DNA of 63,801 nt, from the NCBI RefSeq assembly GCF_000142905.1, contig NW_013657638.1, positions 263,096-326,896 on the forward strand, written 5' to 3'. Source of the DNA: Thecamonas trahens ATCC 50062. Its lineage: Eukaryota > Protista > Apusomonadida. Shown here piece by piece: positions 10,468 through 20,577 of this stretch. Under the pieces are notes generated by a model, which saw only the letters and a program-made list of their open reading frames with translations, did not search any database and was not told where the DNA came from. Numbering within the stretch: position 1 is the stretch's first letter; each line of letters begins with the position of its first letter. The position numbers and the translations under genes were made by a program.

Positions 10468-13140
10468 CTAGTGGTGCAGGTTGGGCGGCTGGAGCATATC
10501 TGATCGACCCCGCCTACGTTGGCCCTTGCGCCGAACCCGCCGCGAGTGCCGCAGCCGCCGGTACTGGTGGTACTCTGCCGACTTGCCGAACCCGAGCTGG
10601 GCCTGGTAGGTTTCGGGCGCGTACCGGCGCGGATGCTCAGCCTTATCAGCGAGGAGCTCGTCAAACTTGGCCGGGCACGCTCTCTGCACCACCTTGGCCA
10701 TGTGCCGATGCAGGGACGGCAGATCAAGGTCGTAAAGGAACTCGTGCCGGAGCAGGTCGCCTGGCGTCGGCCGCCGCTGCGGATCGCGCTCCAACATAAG
10801 GCTAACAAAGGCACGACAGGCTGGCGAGAACCGGGCTGCAGGCAGGCGCGGCGTGCCGGACTCTAAATAGTCGAGATGGCCAAAGGCATCAAGCGACGGC
10901 GGCGGAATGCCTCGAGTCCGTGGCCCATTGCGGGTCTCGACCTCGTCGACGTCCTCTAGCGGGTACGGATAGCGCCCCACCGCAAGCTCAACGAGCGTGA
11001 TGCCCAGCGCCCAGATGTCTGCGGCGTGCGGATGGTCTGCGGCGCCGTCGCCGGCGCCAATCGACTCGGGCGCGACGTAGTTGAGCGTTCCGACGGCGGC
11101 GGCGGCCCCAGTCTCGTCCGACAAGTGGACCGAGATTCCGAGGTCCGAGACCTTGACCTCGCCGTTGAAGCCACAGAGGATGTTGTCGGGCTTGATGTCA
11201 CGGTGCATGATGTCGCGCGACTGCAGGTAGTGCAGGGCCTCGAGGACAGACTTGGCCACCAGCTTGATGGCCTTCTGGTCCATGGCACCGCCGGCAAGGT
11301 ACACGTCACGGAGCGAGCCGGCGGTCATGTACTCCATGCAAAAGGTGACCATTCCGTCGACAAAGTACGCGCCGAGAAACTTGACAATGAACGGCGACTG
11401 GCAGCGGAACATGAAGCGGAGCTCGCGTGCAATGCCGGTGCGGAACTCGGGGTCGGGCTTGAGCGGCAGGTGCTTGATGGCAAGGAGCCGATTGGTGACC
11501 CGGTCGACAACCTTGGAGACGACGCCAAACGAGCCCTCGCCGAGCTTGACCCCGAGCTCCTCGATGTCGTCGCCAGCAATGCCCCACGAGTACACAGCCC
11601 GCGCCCGCTGCTCGAGCAGGGTTAACAGCTCGCGCGGCGTGCCTGGCGAGACAAGCGCAAACGACGACTCGTCCTTGCCTTCCACAATCACGCCGTGCTT
11701 GTGGTAGAGGATACCGTTGACCGGATCGTAGACCCCGTTGAGCCGCCGCGACGACTTGGTGCCGACAGTGACTCCAAAGTGCGCGTACGGGTTGTAGACG
11801 CTGCTCTCTCCCGAGGTCTTGTAAGAGCCCGATCCCGATCGAAGCTGCGAGCTCCAAGCTGATGACGGCTCCGAGTACTCCGAGTCGTAGTCCGAGCCCA
11901 CACCCGACGAGCCGGACGAGAGCATCGACGATTCGCTGCCGCCGCTAGCAGCAAACGGATTTCCGACGCTGTCTCCCGGGACGGGTAGCGGCGTGGGGAG
12001 GCCAGAGCCAAGGGTGGCACCCAGCGCAAACGAAGCCGAGCGCCTGTTGTGCTTGGAGAGCGCCCGCTTGACCAGCTGAGTGCGGATGGTTGGCGAGCGC
12101 GAGCGTGAGCGCGAGCGCCGATGCTTGGCACGGGGCTTTGGTCGCCGTCCGTGCGAGTCTGCCCGCTTTCGGCCCGGCACCGAGCGGTGGCCGCGCGACT
12201 TGGACTTGGACTTGCCGCGCCTGCGGTGGTCGCGGATCTTGGCCTTGGCCTTGATGGTGCCTTCGGCCTTGCCCTTGGCCTCGGCCTCGATGGCGCGGAG
12301 GAGAAAGTCCTTGTCAACGTTCTTGAGCATGTCGATGAGGTGGTGCACGTCCGACGAGACCGACGAGACTTGCGGCGACGGCGAGGCCACTAACATCGAC
12401 GGTGTCGATCGCGACGGCGAGAGCGGCGGTATAGCACGGCGGAATCGCGGCGAGTCGCGGGTTGGCGACCGCTGCAGAGGCGTTCGTGGTAGAACCATCT
12501 CGACGTATGCCTCATCGCCCGGCGGCGTGACTGCGATCCTCCTGGCCGACCCAAGTTCGCTCCTCGTCCCGTCTGCGGTCGGACTCATAGAGCTGATCGG
12601 CGACACCACAGCATCCGCTAGGTTCCCCTTTGGAAGCGCGAGCTTGGGCGGGCCCAGCTTGGGCGTACCACCCACAGGCTTTGGCGACGAGATCGTCGCT
12701 CCGGCGAGATTTCCCTTTGGAAGTGCGATCTTGGGCGGGCCCAGCTTGGGCGTGCCACCCACAGGCTTTGGCGACGAGATCGTCGCTCCGGCGAGATTGC
12801 CCTTTGGAAGTGCGATCTTGGGCGGGTCCAGCTTGGGCGGGCCCAGCTTGGGCGTACCACCCACAGGCTTTGGCGACGAGATCGTCGCTCCGGCGAGATT
12901 GCCCTTTGGAAGTGCGATCTTGGGCGGGTCCAGCTTGGGCGGGCCCAGCTTGGGCGTACCACCCACAGGCTTTGGCGACGAGATCGTCGCTCCGGCGAGA
13001 TTGCCCTTTGGAAGTGCGATCTTGGGCGGGCCCAGCTTGGGCGGGCCCAGCTTGGGCGTACCACCCACAGGCTTTGGCGACGAGATCGTCGCTCCGGCGA
13101 GGTTCCCCGCGGGCATGTGCAGCTTTGGCGGACCAGGCAT
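10468..13140 (-). CDS. STE7/MAP2K-like protein kinase with long repeat-containing N-terminus
   Basis: LGEGSFGVV, AIK, IARELRFM..CQSPFIVKFLGAY, CMEYMTAGSL, HRDIKPDNIL..NGEVKVSDLG, ADIWALGITLVELAVGRYPY are MAP2K-typical. Confidence 0.88.
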   Translation of the reverse strand: MPGPPKLHMPAGNLAGATISSPKPVGGTPKLGPPKLGPPKIALPKGNLAGATISSPKPVGGTPKLGPPKLDPPKIALPKGNLAGATISSPKPVGGTPKLGPPKLDPPKIALPKGNLAGATISSPKPVGGTPKLGPPKIALPKGNLAGATISSPKPVGGTPKLGPPKLALPKGNLADAVVSPISSMSPTADGTRSELGSARRIAVTPPGDEAYVEMVLPRTPLQRSPTRDSPRFRRAIPPLSPSRSTPSMLVASPSPQVSSVSSDVHHLIDMLKNVDKDFLLRAIEAEAKGKAEGTIKAKAKIRDHRRRGKSKSKSRGHRSVPGRKRADSHGRRPKPRAKHRRSRSRSRSPTIRTQLVKRALSKHNRRSASFALGATLGSGLPTPLPVPGDSVGNPFAASGGSESSMLSSGSSGVGSDYDSEYSEPSSAWSSQLRSGSGSYKTSGESSVYNPYAHFGVTVGTKSSRRLNGVYDPVNGILYHKHGVIVEGKDESSFALVSPGTPRELLTLLEQRARAVYSWGIAGDDIEELGVKLGEGSFGVVSKVVDRVTNRLLAIKHLPLKPDPEFRTGIARELRFMFRCQSPFIVKFLGAYFVDGMVTFCMEYMTAGSLRDVYLAGGAMDQKAIKLVAKSVLEALHYLQSRDIMHRDIKPDNILCGFNGEVKVSDLGISVHLSDETGAAAAVGTLNYVAPESIGAGDGAADHPHAADIWALGITLVELAVGRYPYPLEDVDEVETRNGPRTRGIPPPSLDAFGHLDYLESGTPRLPAARFSPACRAFVSLMLERDPQRRPTPGDLLRHEFLYDLDLPSLHRHMAKVVQRACPAKFDELLADKAEHPRRYAPETYQAQLGFGKSAEYHQYRRLRHSRRVRRKGQRRRGRSDMLQPPNLHH
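12616..13116 (-). repeat. Coding tandem repeat, about 5.3 units of 102/87 bp
   Basis: GNLAGATISSPKPVGGTPKLGPPK(LxPPK)IALPK is repeated with near-identical DNA. Confidence 0.95.
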
Positions 13141-13457
13141 GAGTGCGGAGCGACGAGCGGACGACAGAGAACGTCCCACCCAGAGACAACACACAGGCAG
13201 ACACACCGTGTCCCAAGTCTAAAGGTAAATGTCGTATAATGAGTGCGGTGTGAAAGTGCCGGTGCCGATACCGGTGTCGGTATGGCCTGTCCCGTCTCGC
13301 CTGTCGCCTGTCCGGGGACGCCACTCACGCCGTTGCCGCAAGTCACTCTGTCCGCCGTCCGGGTTCGGGTCCCCCTCCCCTCCCCTCCACTCCCCGGGAC
13401 GGATAGCGCCAGCGAGGGCGAGCAAGAGCACCTCACTTGTCGTCATTCTCTCCTGGT

Positions 13458-15914
13458 ATGGCTGTACCGCAGCACCTCCTCGAGGCGGATTTTGACCCTC
13501 AGGGGTACGCTCTTGCGGCTGTTGAGGCTTCGTCTGTGGGCGCTACCCTCGCCGAGTTGACGTCGTCGGTGGCGGCGCTGGAGGCAAGGATCGCCAAGCT
13601 TGTCACTGACCAGCATACGGCGCTGTTGGACTCGGCTGCCAACGTATCGGCCCTGGATGGTGTTCTGTCTAATGTGGTGGACGGGGTGGCAGGGCTAGCT
13701 TCGGCCCTTGCTGCCGTTCGTGCTGCCATCTCGGCGCCTCATGCCGCGGTCGCTACTTCGGCAGCTCAGCTCGAGCGCATGCACACCACTCTGGATCTCT
13801 TGCGGGCTGCGGCTGTCTTCTTCTCTACCCTGGACCGCCTGGCTACTGCTGTCGCTGGAGGCATCGATCCGGTCCTGGCCCGGGCTGCCCTGCTCGTCTT
13901 TCGCCTTCGGGCCCTCCTTGATGCCCATCCGTTGCTCGCTCAGCTCGACAAGGTCGCGGCCTCGCTCGAGTGGCTGGACGAGACGGCGTGCGCGGTCGAT
14001 GCTGCGGTGGCGACCGCGCTCGAGGCTGGTCTGGCCTCAGGCAATCTGGCGGCGATTGGCTCTTCGTTGCAGGCGCTGCACAACGCCGGCGAGCTCGCCG
14101 GAACTCTCCGTGCCGAGCGGGCTGAGCTGCTCGACGCCGTCTCCCGGACCGTTGTCTCGGGCCTCGATGCGTCGTTGATTATGAACAAGGCCAAGACCCG
14201 CGCGGCAGCCGAGCCCGGTACAGCCGGCGAGTCGGGTGCGTCGGTGGTGGCCTGGCGCGCCGTGCTGTGGGAGCGGCTTGACGACGTTGTCACTTCGCTG
14301 GCCTCGCTTATTCTTCGCGGGTGGACGCTTGATGTCGTGCTCTCGCTCAAGCGCGATACCCGAAGCCACGAGCCGTTCCTTGCCGTCCTCGACCTTGCAC
14401 CAGGCGGTTGGTTTGCTGCGCTCTGGACCGACGCACAGGAGAGCGTGCGCGCGGCACTGCTGCGCGCCGCAAGCACTTCAGCGGTGGTAGATGAGGCTTT
14501 CCGGGCCGAGTATCCCAAGTTGCTGCGTGCGTTCCACGACCTTGCGCGCAAGCTACAGCTGCAGACCATGCTCATCGGCAAGGAGTCTGGTCCGGCGGCT
14601 GCAGTGCCGCAGGTCGAGTTTGAGGCGGTCACTAGCTTGCTCGCCGACTTTGAGGCTGCATACTTGAACCGCGCCCGGGCTCGGCTCGATGGCCCGCTCA
14701 GCGCCATCTTCAAGCAGGCGGTCAAGGCGCCACCGACGTCGGAGCAGGTGCGCACTCTGGTTGGTACCATCCAGGGCGAGCTCGAGGTGGCGTCGGTCGA
14801 GCTCGGGCTGATGACGCGGGTGGCCAAGGTCGCGGCCGATGTGGTCTCGACCTTTGCCAGCGGGACCGAGGCCATGGTCTCGCGATCGGCGGCGGCGACC
14901 AAGGTTGTGCCGGGCGCGCCACTGTCTGCGCCGCAAAAGCGCAACATCAACCTTGTCAATGCTAACGTGGCCTTTCTGGCCGGCCTCGACTCGCTGCTGC
15001 GAACGCATCCAGACGAGTTGGCATCAGTCTTTGATCCTGTCGTGCCCGAGCCGGTCTATGTGGTCACGTCGAGCCTCGCACCGCTCCTGGATGCCATCCT
15101 CAGCGGCATTGAGCACTGCCTGGCGCAGTTCCATGTCCGCGGCTCGTTCCTGGCGCAAGAGCTCCCGCTGGGCACCGAGGCCGCGCTGGACGACGCGGCC
15201 AACCACGGATCGCCGCCGATGCGCGAGCTGCTGGCACTTGTCCGCCACGCAGCGTCTGTCACGCTTGGCAAGTTCCTCAAGTCGGGCATCCTCGCCTCAC
15301 TTGTATACGAGCTCCGCAACGTAGCCACACTGCTGTACATCGGCTCGTTGTCGATGATTCCGGTTCTCTCAGCGCGTGGCCGACTGCTGGTCGCGTCGGA
15401 CATGGCGCACTTTGAGTTGGCCATGGACGAGCTTGCGGCGCTGGCGCCGACGTCACTCACAGGTACGCCGTCGCCCAAGCTCCTTCTCGCCTCGTCGCGC
15501 TTCCTGGACTTTGAATCGCCGCACGGCCACATGCTCTCCAAGGCTGCGGGCTGGACCCGCGGCGCACACAGCCGCGAGGTCTTCAAAGCCTTCAAAGCCC
15601 TCCTCTTTACTGACGAGCTGACGCTCGACTCGATCCAGGCCTCGTCGCTCCCGCTCCGGCTCGCGACCAACCACTGCTTTACTCGGGCGTCAGCCGACCT
15701 TGATCCACCGCACCGCATCCGTGTCTGGTCGACGATCGAGGCCACCCGCTGGCTCGTCACCGCCTCGGACGCCGAGTACCTCGAGCTGGCCCAGGCCGCC
15801 TGCGACAAGTACGCTCGCTCTGCAACCTCGCTCGGCGCTAAGGAGTTTGTCCCCGAGTACGTCCTCATCACCAAGCTCCTCGCCGGCCCCGCCTCGGCCT
15901 CGGCCTCTCCCTAA
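13458..15914 (+). CDS. COG5: Conserved oligomeric Golgi complex subunit 5
   Basis: N-terminal LEADFDPQGYA, coiled coil with LERMHTTLDLLR, VLSLKRD..SHEPFL, EYPKLLRAF and GRLLVASDMAHFELA. Confidence 0.85.
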   Translation: MAVPQHLLEADFDPQGYALAAVEASSVGATLAELTSSVAALEARIAKLVTDQHTALLDSAANVSALDGVLSNVVDGVAGLASALAAVRAAISAPHAAVATSAAQLERMHTTLDLLRAAAVFFSTLDRLATAVAGGIDPVLARAALLVFRLRALLDAHPLLAQLDKVAASLEWLDETACAVDAAVATALEAGLASGNLAAIGSSLQALHNAGELAGTLRAERAELLDAVSRTVVSGLDASLIMNKAKTRAAAEPGTAGESGASVVAWRAVLWERLDDVVTSLASLILRGWTLDVVLSLKRDTRSHEPFLAVLDLAPGGWFAALWTDAQESVRAALLRAASTSAVVDEAFRAEYPKLLRAFHDLARKLQLQTMLIGKESGPAAAVPQVEFEAVTSLLADFEAAYLNRARARLDGPLSAIFKQAVKAPPTSEQVRTLVGTIQGELEVASVELGLMTRVAKVAADVVSTFASGTEAMVSRSAAATKVVPGAPLSAPQKRNINLVNANVAFLAGLDSLLRTHPDELASVFDPVVPEPVYVVTSSLAPLLDAILSGIEHCLAQFHVRGSFLAQELPLGTEAALDDAANHGSPPMRELLALVRHAASVTLGKFLKSGILASLVYELRNVATLLYIGSLSMIPVLSARGRLLVASDMAHFELAMDELAALAPTSLTGTPSPKLLLASSRFLDFESPHGHMLSKAAGWTRGAHSREVFKAFKALLFTDELTLDSIQASSLPLRLATNHCFTRASADLDPPHRIRVWSTIEATRWLVTASDAEYLELAQAACDKYARSATSLGAKEFVPEYVLITKLLAGPASASASP

Positions 15915-16291
15915 AACCAGCAGCACACGCCTTTTGCACATGATCTGCACATGATGGACCCAGTGTCGCGTCTTCCTCCGCACCTTTGCCAGCATCACGA
16001 GCCTTGTCCCGCTCATCCTCGGCCACAACCTGCAATCTCCACAGCACTGCCATCATCATCGGTAGACCTGCCCACCTCAACTCTTTACCAACCACACGAT
16101 GTACAGCCACTCACAAACATACGATGCCTTCTACGGCCACATATTCCGGGCCTGTCCCACACTGACCGGCTCGTGACCAAGACTGGTCCGGTGCGCGTCA
16201 TTTCCGGCAGAACGACATTCGGCGGTATTCGATGCCGTGACCGCCACCAATAGCCGAGCCACCCAACTCGGCGCAAGAGAGCAAGAACAAC

Positions 16292-16582
16292 ATGGACGAC
16301 TACCTTCGTGAAGATACGCTTGACAACAAGACGACGCCGTTCTGGACGCCCCTCAAGACCGTGGGCGCACTCTGGCTTGCCACCCTCGGAGGCACCCTCG
16401 CCTATCAGTTCCGCAACAACTCGCTCAAGCTCTCCCAGCGGGTTGTTCAAGCTCGTGTCGGGGCTCAAGCTGTGACTCTTGGCGCTCTCATTGCATCGGC
16501 CGTTGTTACTGTCGCCACAGAGTCGGCCGCTGCCTCACCGGCTCGCGGCCCGGTCTTCCCCTCGGAGTCATCCAAGCACTGA
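16292..16582 (+). CDS. HIG1/RCF1-family mitochondrial membrane protein
   Basis: PLKTVGALW...LKLSQRVVQARVGAQAVTL with two hydrophobic helices. Confidence 0.85.
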   Translation: MDDYLREDTLDNKTTPFWTPLKTVGALWLATLGGTLAYQFRNNSLKLSQRVVQARVGAQAVTLGALIASAVVTVATESAAASPARGPVFPSESSKH

Positions 16583-16723
16583 TGATGCGTGCTGCATTGC
16601 TCATCGTCGTCGTTGTCGTCATCGTTGGCATTGTCGGCTTTGTCAGCATTGTCGGCATCGCCGCCCGTCACCACTGACATCATAGTTCAGAGGGAATGTC
16701 GCTGTTGCGACTCATGCCCTTGT

Positions 16724-17473
16724 CTATCCGCCGGCATCCAGCGCTGCGTCGTCCAGCGCTGTGGCGTCGTGCTTGACGGCGTGAGAGACCGCATCGCGGT
16801 GGATCATCCACGTGGCGTTGGCCTTGGACCTGGCGACCAAGTCTCCGTTCGGAATATCGTTGGAGAGAGCACGCGCCTCGGCAGCCTGCTCGTCCAGACC
16901 GTATGTGCGCCATCGCTGCAGCAGCGCATCGACTAGGATCTCGCGCTGCGCATCGACATAGAGAGAGGCGGTAAAGTTGCGCGCCACGTCTGACCATCCC
17001 GGGCCGGCAAGCTCGTCGTCGGCGATGAGGTAGTTGCCCTCGACAATTATGAGGCTCGGCTGCGGCGGCGGAGGAACGACGATTGCGCCAGCGAGCGAGA
17101 CGTCCGCGGCACGATCAAAGGTGGGAAGTACGACCGGAGGCGAGTCGGGCCCAGCCGTAGCAAGTCTCGTCAGCGTCGACGCTAGGCCATCAACGTCGAA
17201 CGTCTTGGGTGCGCCCTTGACGCTCCGCCAGCCGCGAGCATCCAGCACGTCGTTGTGGAGATGGAAGCCATCCATGCCGACGGCCATCGCTCCAGGTAGT
17301 GCCTCCTCCAGCGCCGCAGCCAGCGTCGACTTGCCCACTCCAGGCGGCCCAGCAATAGCTACCAGTACCCGCTCATCGCTCTCGGCGTACGGCGACAGCG
17401 CCGCCACAATGGCATCAAAGTCTTCGAGCAGCGCAGGCGCAGGCGCCGAGCAAGCGGCATCCGTTGCGGCCAT
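16724..17473 (-). CDS. P-loop nucleoside/pantothenate kinase-like protein (YggC/FrcK/YFH7 family)
   Basis: LVAIAGPPGVGKST, MDGFH, KGAPKTFD, PTFDR, IIVEGNYL and NDIPNG. Confidence 0.88.
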   Translation of the reverse strand: MAATDAACSAPAPALLEDFDAIVAALSPYAESDERVLVAIAGPPGVGKSTLAAALEEALPGAMAVGMDGFHLHNDVLDARGWRSVKGAPKTFDVDGLASTLTRLATAGPDSPPVVLPTFDRAADVSLAGAIVVPPPPQPSLIIVEGNYLIADDELAGPGWSDVARNFTASLYVDAQREILVDALLQRWRTYGLDEQAAEARALSNDIPNGDLVARSKANATWMIHRDAVSHAVKHDATALDDAALDAGG

Positions 17474-18183
17474 GTCGCTGTTTTTGTGAAGGGGGGAACA
17501 GAGGGGACAGACGTATGTCGAGAGGTGGCGTGCTGTCCTGTCAGAGCTGGTCGCTGCGGCCATTACCTCTTGCGTGGCACGGCATACTGTGACTGACTAA
17601 CTGATGATGGTAACCGACTAGATGACAAACCGCTGATGAGCATCATCACTACGACGCCACAGACGCAGGCGTATCGTACGCCGCCACCTTTCGCACCTTG
17701 CACCTTGCAGCCGCGAACCTCATCAACGCTCTTTGTGTGCAGGCGCTTCCTCGCGTTCTACTCGCGCCTGGCAACGCTACGAGCGCGCGCCTCGCGCGTC
17801 TTGACAGCCTCCAACCAGTCTACCGAGGGGAAGTGCGCCTGTGGGCGTTTCTGGAAGTGGCTTTTGATGATTGAGGTCAACTTGGAACTGTTGAGGCTAA
17901 TCTGCTTGCCGCAGAGCTTGCAGCAAGGGAGCCTATCTATTCTGATGTTCGACAAGCTCTCCACAGGGCTGAACAACGGGGCATGATGCGTGTGAGAGGA
18001 GGTGCCTCTGTCGTGATCACGATTTTTAGTCATGACGTTTAGCTGACTAATTGATGGCTAACCGTTCTGACTACGAATGACTATGACCATCGTCGTGGTG
18101 CCGTACACTGGCCCAGAGAGCACTGGACACAGAACACACCACTTGACTCCAAGTGAACCTCAGTCATAGCGCACATCACTATT

Positions 18184-20375
18184 ATGGCTCTCAGTCACGC
18201 CCGCAGTTACCCTGGAGAAGGCCTTCGGTTGGGTAGCCTTGCCCTGCCACCGCCACCACTGGCAGCTGATGCCGTGGTCCTCGACCCGTTACAACTGGGA
18301 CCAGGTGGTGTACCTCTGCCAGCAAAGAAAGTCCGCTATGGTCCAAAGGCGGCAAGGGCTCCGCTTCATGCTCGTGGAACGTATGGATCAGTTCGTGCTG
18401 GTGAATGGCATCAGATCGCCGCCCCGCCACGTCGTGTTGCTGTCAAAGAGTACAGCGCTCCCTTCAAGCGAGTGATCTGCGTCACCACTCTTCGTGAGTT
18501 GAGCCTGCTACGTGCTCTGGACTCGCCACATGTGGTCTCAGTCGTGAGCCTTTTGGCAGAGCCGTGGCATCTCTTGCATTCGCTCGAAGCCGATCGCCGC
18601 TCCATCGCTCTGGTCATGCCTCTGCTCCGATGCTCGCTCAACAACCTCATCGGCTCTCTAGCCGTAGCAGACACCGCTCATATCATCCGATGCTTGGCCA
18701 GCGGCCTCGCGTACTGTCATGCTCGCGATGTGCTTCACCGCGACATCAAGCCGGCAAACGTTCTGGTCTCGGCCAGTGGGTGCGTCAAGCTCTGCGACTT
18801 TGGCCTCTCGCGAGTCTATTACCCACTGCTGGTGGAGAGCGATGTGAGCTGGGCCCGCCTCACGCCGCGGGTCTGCACCCTCTGGTATCGCCCGCCCGAG
18901 CTGCTTCTTGCACGGGCCAGTGCCTACTCGTCGGCTGTCGACGTGTGGGGTCTTGGCCTCATCGGTCTCGAGCTGTTCAAGGCGTCGCCGGTCATCACCG
19001 ACCACAACGAGCGCATGTTCTCCATCACTCTCTTCAACGTCTTTGGCTGCCCTAGCCCCGTCGAGCACGTGCGGCTCTCGGCGTTGATTGCCACCCATGG
19101 CGAAGCCTTCTCTGGTGCCCAGGACGTGCTCGATCGCGCGCTGGATGAGATCGAGGACGAGCACAAGCCGAACCGAGTCGCCCGCTGGATGAGCAGCGAC
19201 CCGGAGGTGGCCAACGAGACGTGGGCGCCGGCGCTCGACGTGCTCGGCCCGCTGCTCTCGTCGTGTCTGGCCTACGACGACCGTGCGCGTGCGCCGGCCG
19301 CCGCAGTGGCTACCATGCCGGCCCTCAGTCAACTGGCTGGCACCGAGGCCGAGGCCCAGGCGCGACTGGCGGCTGTGGTCACTGGGCTTTTGGGCCAGGG
19401 CGCGCCGTCGGACCCCCGCTGTCTACAACTGCGACAGGGACCGATGTTGTGGCGCTTGGCACTGCCATCCGGACCACACTCGGTCCGCAGACACGCCCGA
19501 TCTCGGTCTGTGCCGCGATCAATGCCCTCGGGCTCATCCACCACTCGCGGCTCTTCACCCACCTAGAGTCTACGACCCTGTTCCGGCTCTGTCTCCTCTG
19601 CCACGAGCCGCTGTTTGCTCTCCTCGCAGCCTTTAGTAGCAAGCTGCTAGATCTGGACGAGTTTACCGAGTCGCTGATTGCGCTTGCGGCTCTGTACAGC
19701 CCAACTTCGCCGCGCTACGCCTCATTGGCCGGCGTTATCCCTGATCTTGCGGGCGCTACGTTGGTGGCGACCGCGGAGCGGCTCTCGTCGAGCCTGCTTG
19801 GCCAGGATGACAGATCTCGCGAGCCGGTCTCGGCCACTGTCACCAGCTTTAGGCGCGTGCTTGCGGTCATCGCTGCCTTTCTCCGCCTCCGCGCCGACAG
19901 CGCGTACAAGGTGCCTGCCTTGGCCACCGCCGCCGTCCTCGTGGCTTGCCAGCTGTACAGCGTCTCTGCTTCAATCAAGGCCATCAAGCTGTTTCTGTCG
20001 CGGATGCTGGAGCCGCTGGGAGCCCTGGTCCCAACTTCGAATGAGATCGGCGACGCCCAGTTTGCGCTGCTCTACGCCACGTCGTTCACTGCCCAGATGA
20101 CCGGTGACCTCGCCGCGCTCACGACGCCGGCGCCGTCGCCGGACGAGGCGGAGGTCATCGACGCCATTTTCCTTTTTTCCAATCTTCCACTGCTCTACAC
20201 GCCTGCCGTCATCCGCCGTGCGACTCGAGCGTATCTCACCCGCAACGCATCCAATCCTGCGGCCACCTCTGTGCTCAACGCGCACACCATTGCTGCCATC
20301 GACAGCGCCTGCGCTCTTTACCATCAGGTCCTTTCCCCCAATCCACCATCCAGCTCGAGAGCAACATGTCCATGA
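18184..20375 (+). CDS. CDK-like kinase fused to a C-terminal cyclin-fold region (frameshift at 19413-19417)
   Basis: Kinase: GTYGSV, VAVK, VTTLRELSLLR, HRDIKPANVL, KLCDFGLSR, LTPRVCTLWYRPPELLL. The second frame has cyclin-box-like helices. Adding one C gives DPPLSTTATG and one continuous ORF. Confidence 0.75.
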
Positions 20376-20378
20376 CCG

Positions 20379-20536
20379 ATATATATATATATATATATAT
20401 ATATCTCCTCCCCCCTCCCCCCTCTGCTTCCTTACAACCGGCAACAAAGACCTCCATGCCCGCGTTTAGTGCCGTTGATCGGCCGACCGATGCGACCGAC
20501 CGACCGACCGACTGACCGACCGACCGACCGACCGAC
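20379..20536. repeat. (AT)n and (CCGA)n microsatellites
   Basis: ATAT run at about 20379-20404 and CGAC tetramer run at about 20493-20536. Confidence 0.9.
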
Positions 20537-20577
20537 CGGCGGCTGAGCAGACGGCACCCGACTCTGCCCGAGGCACC

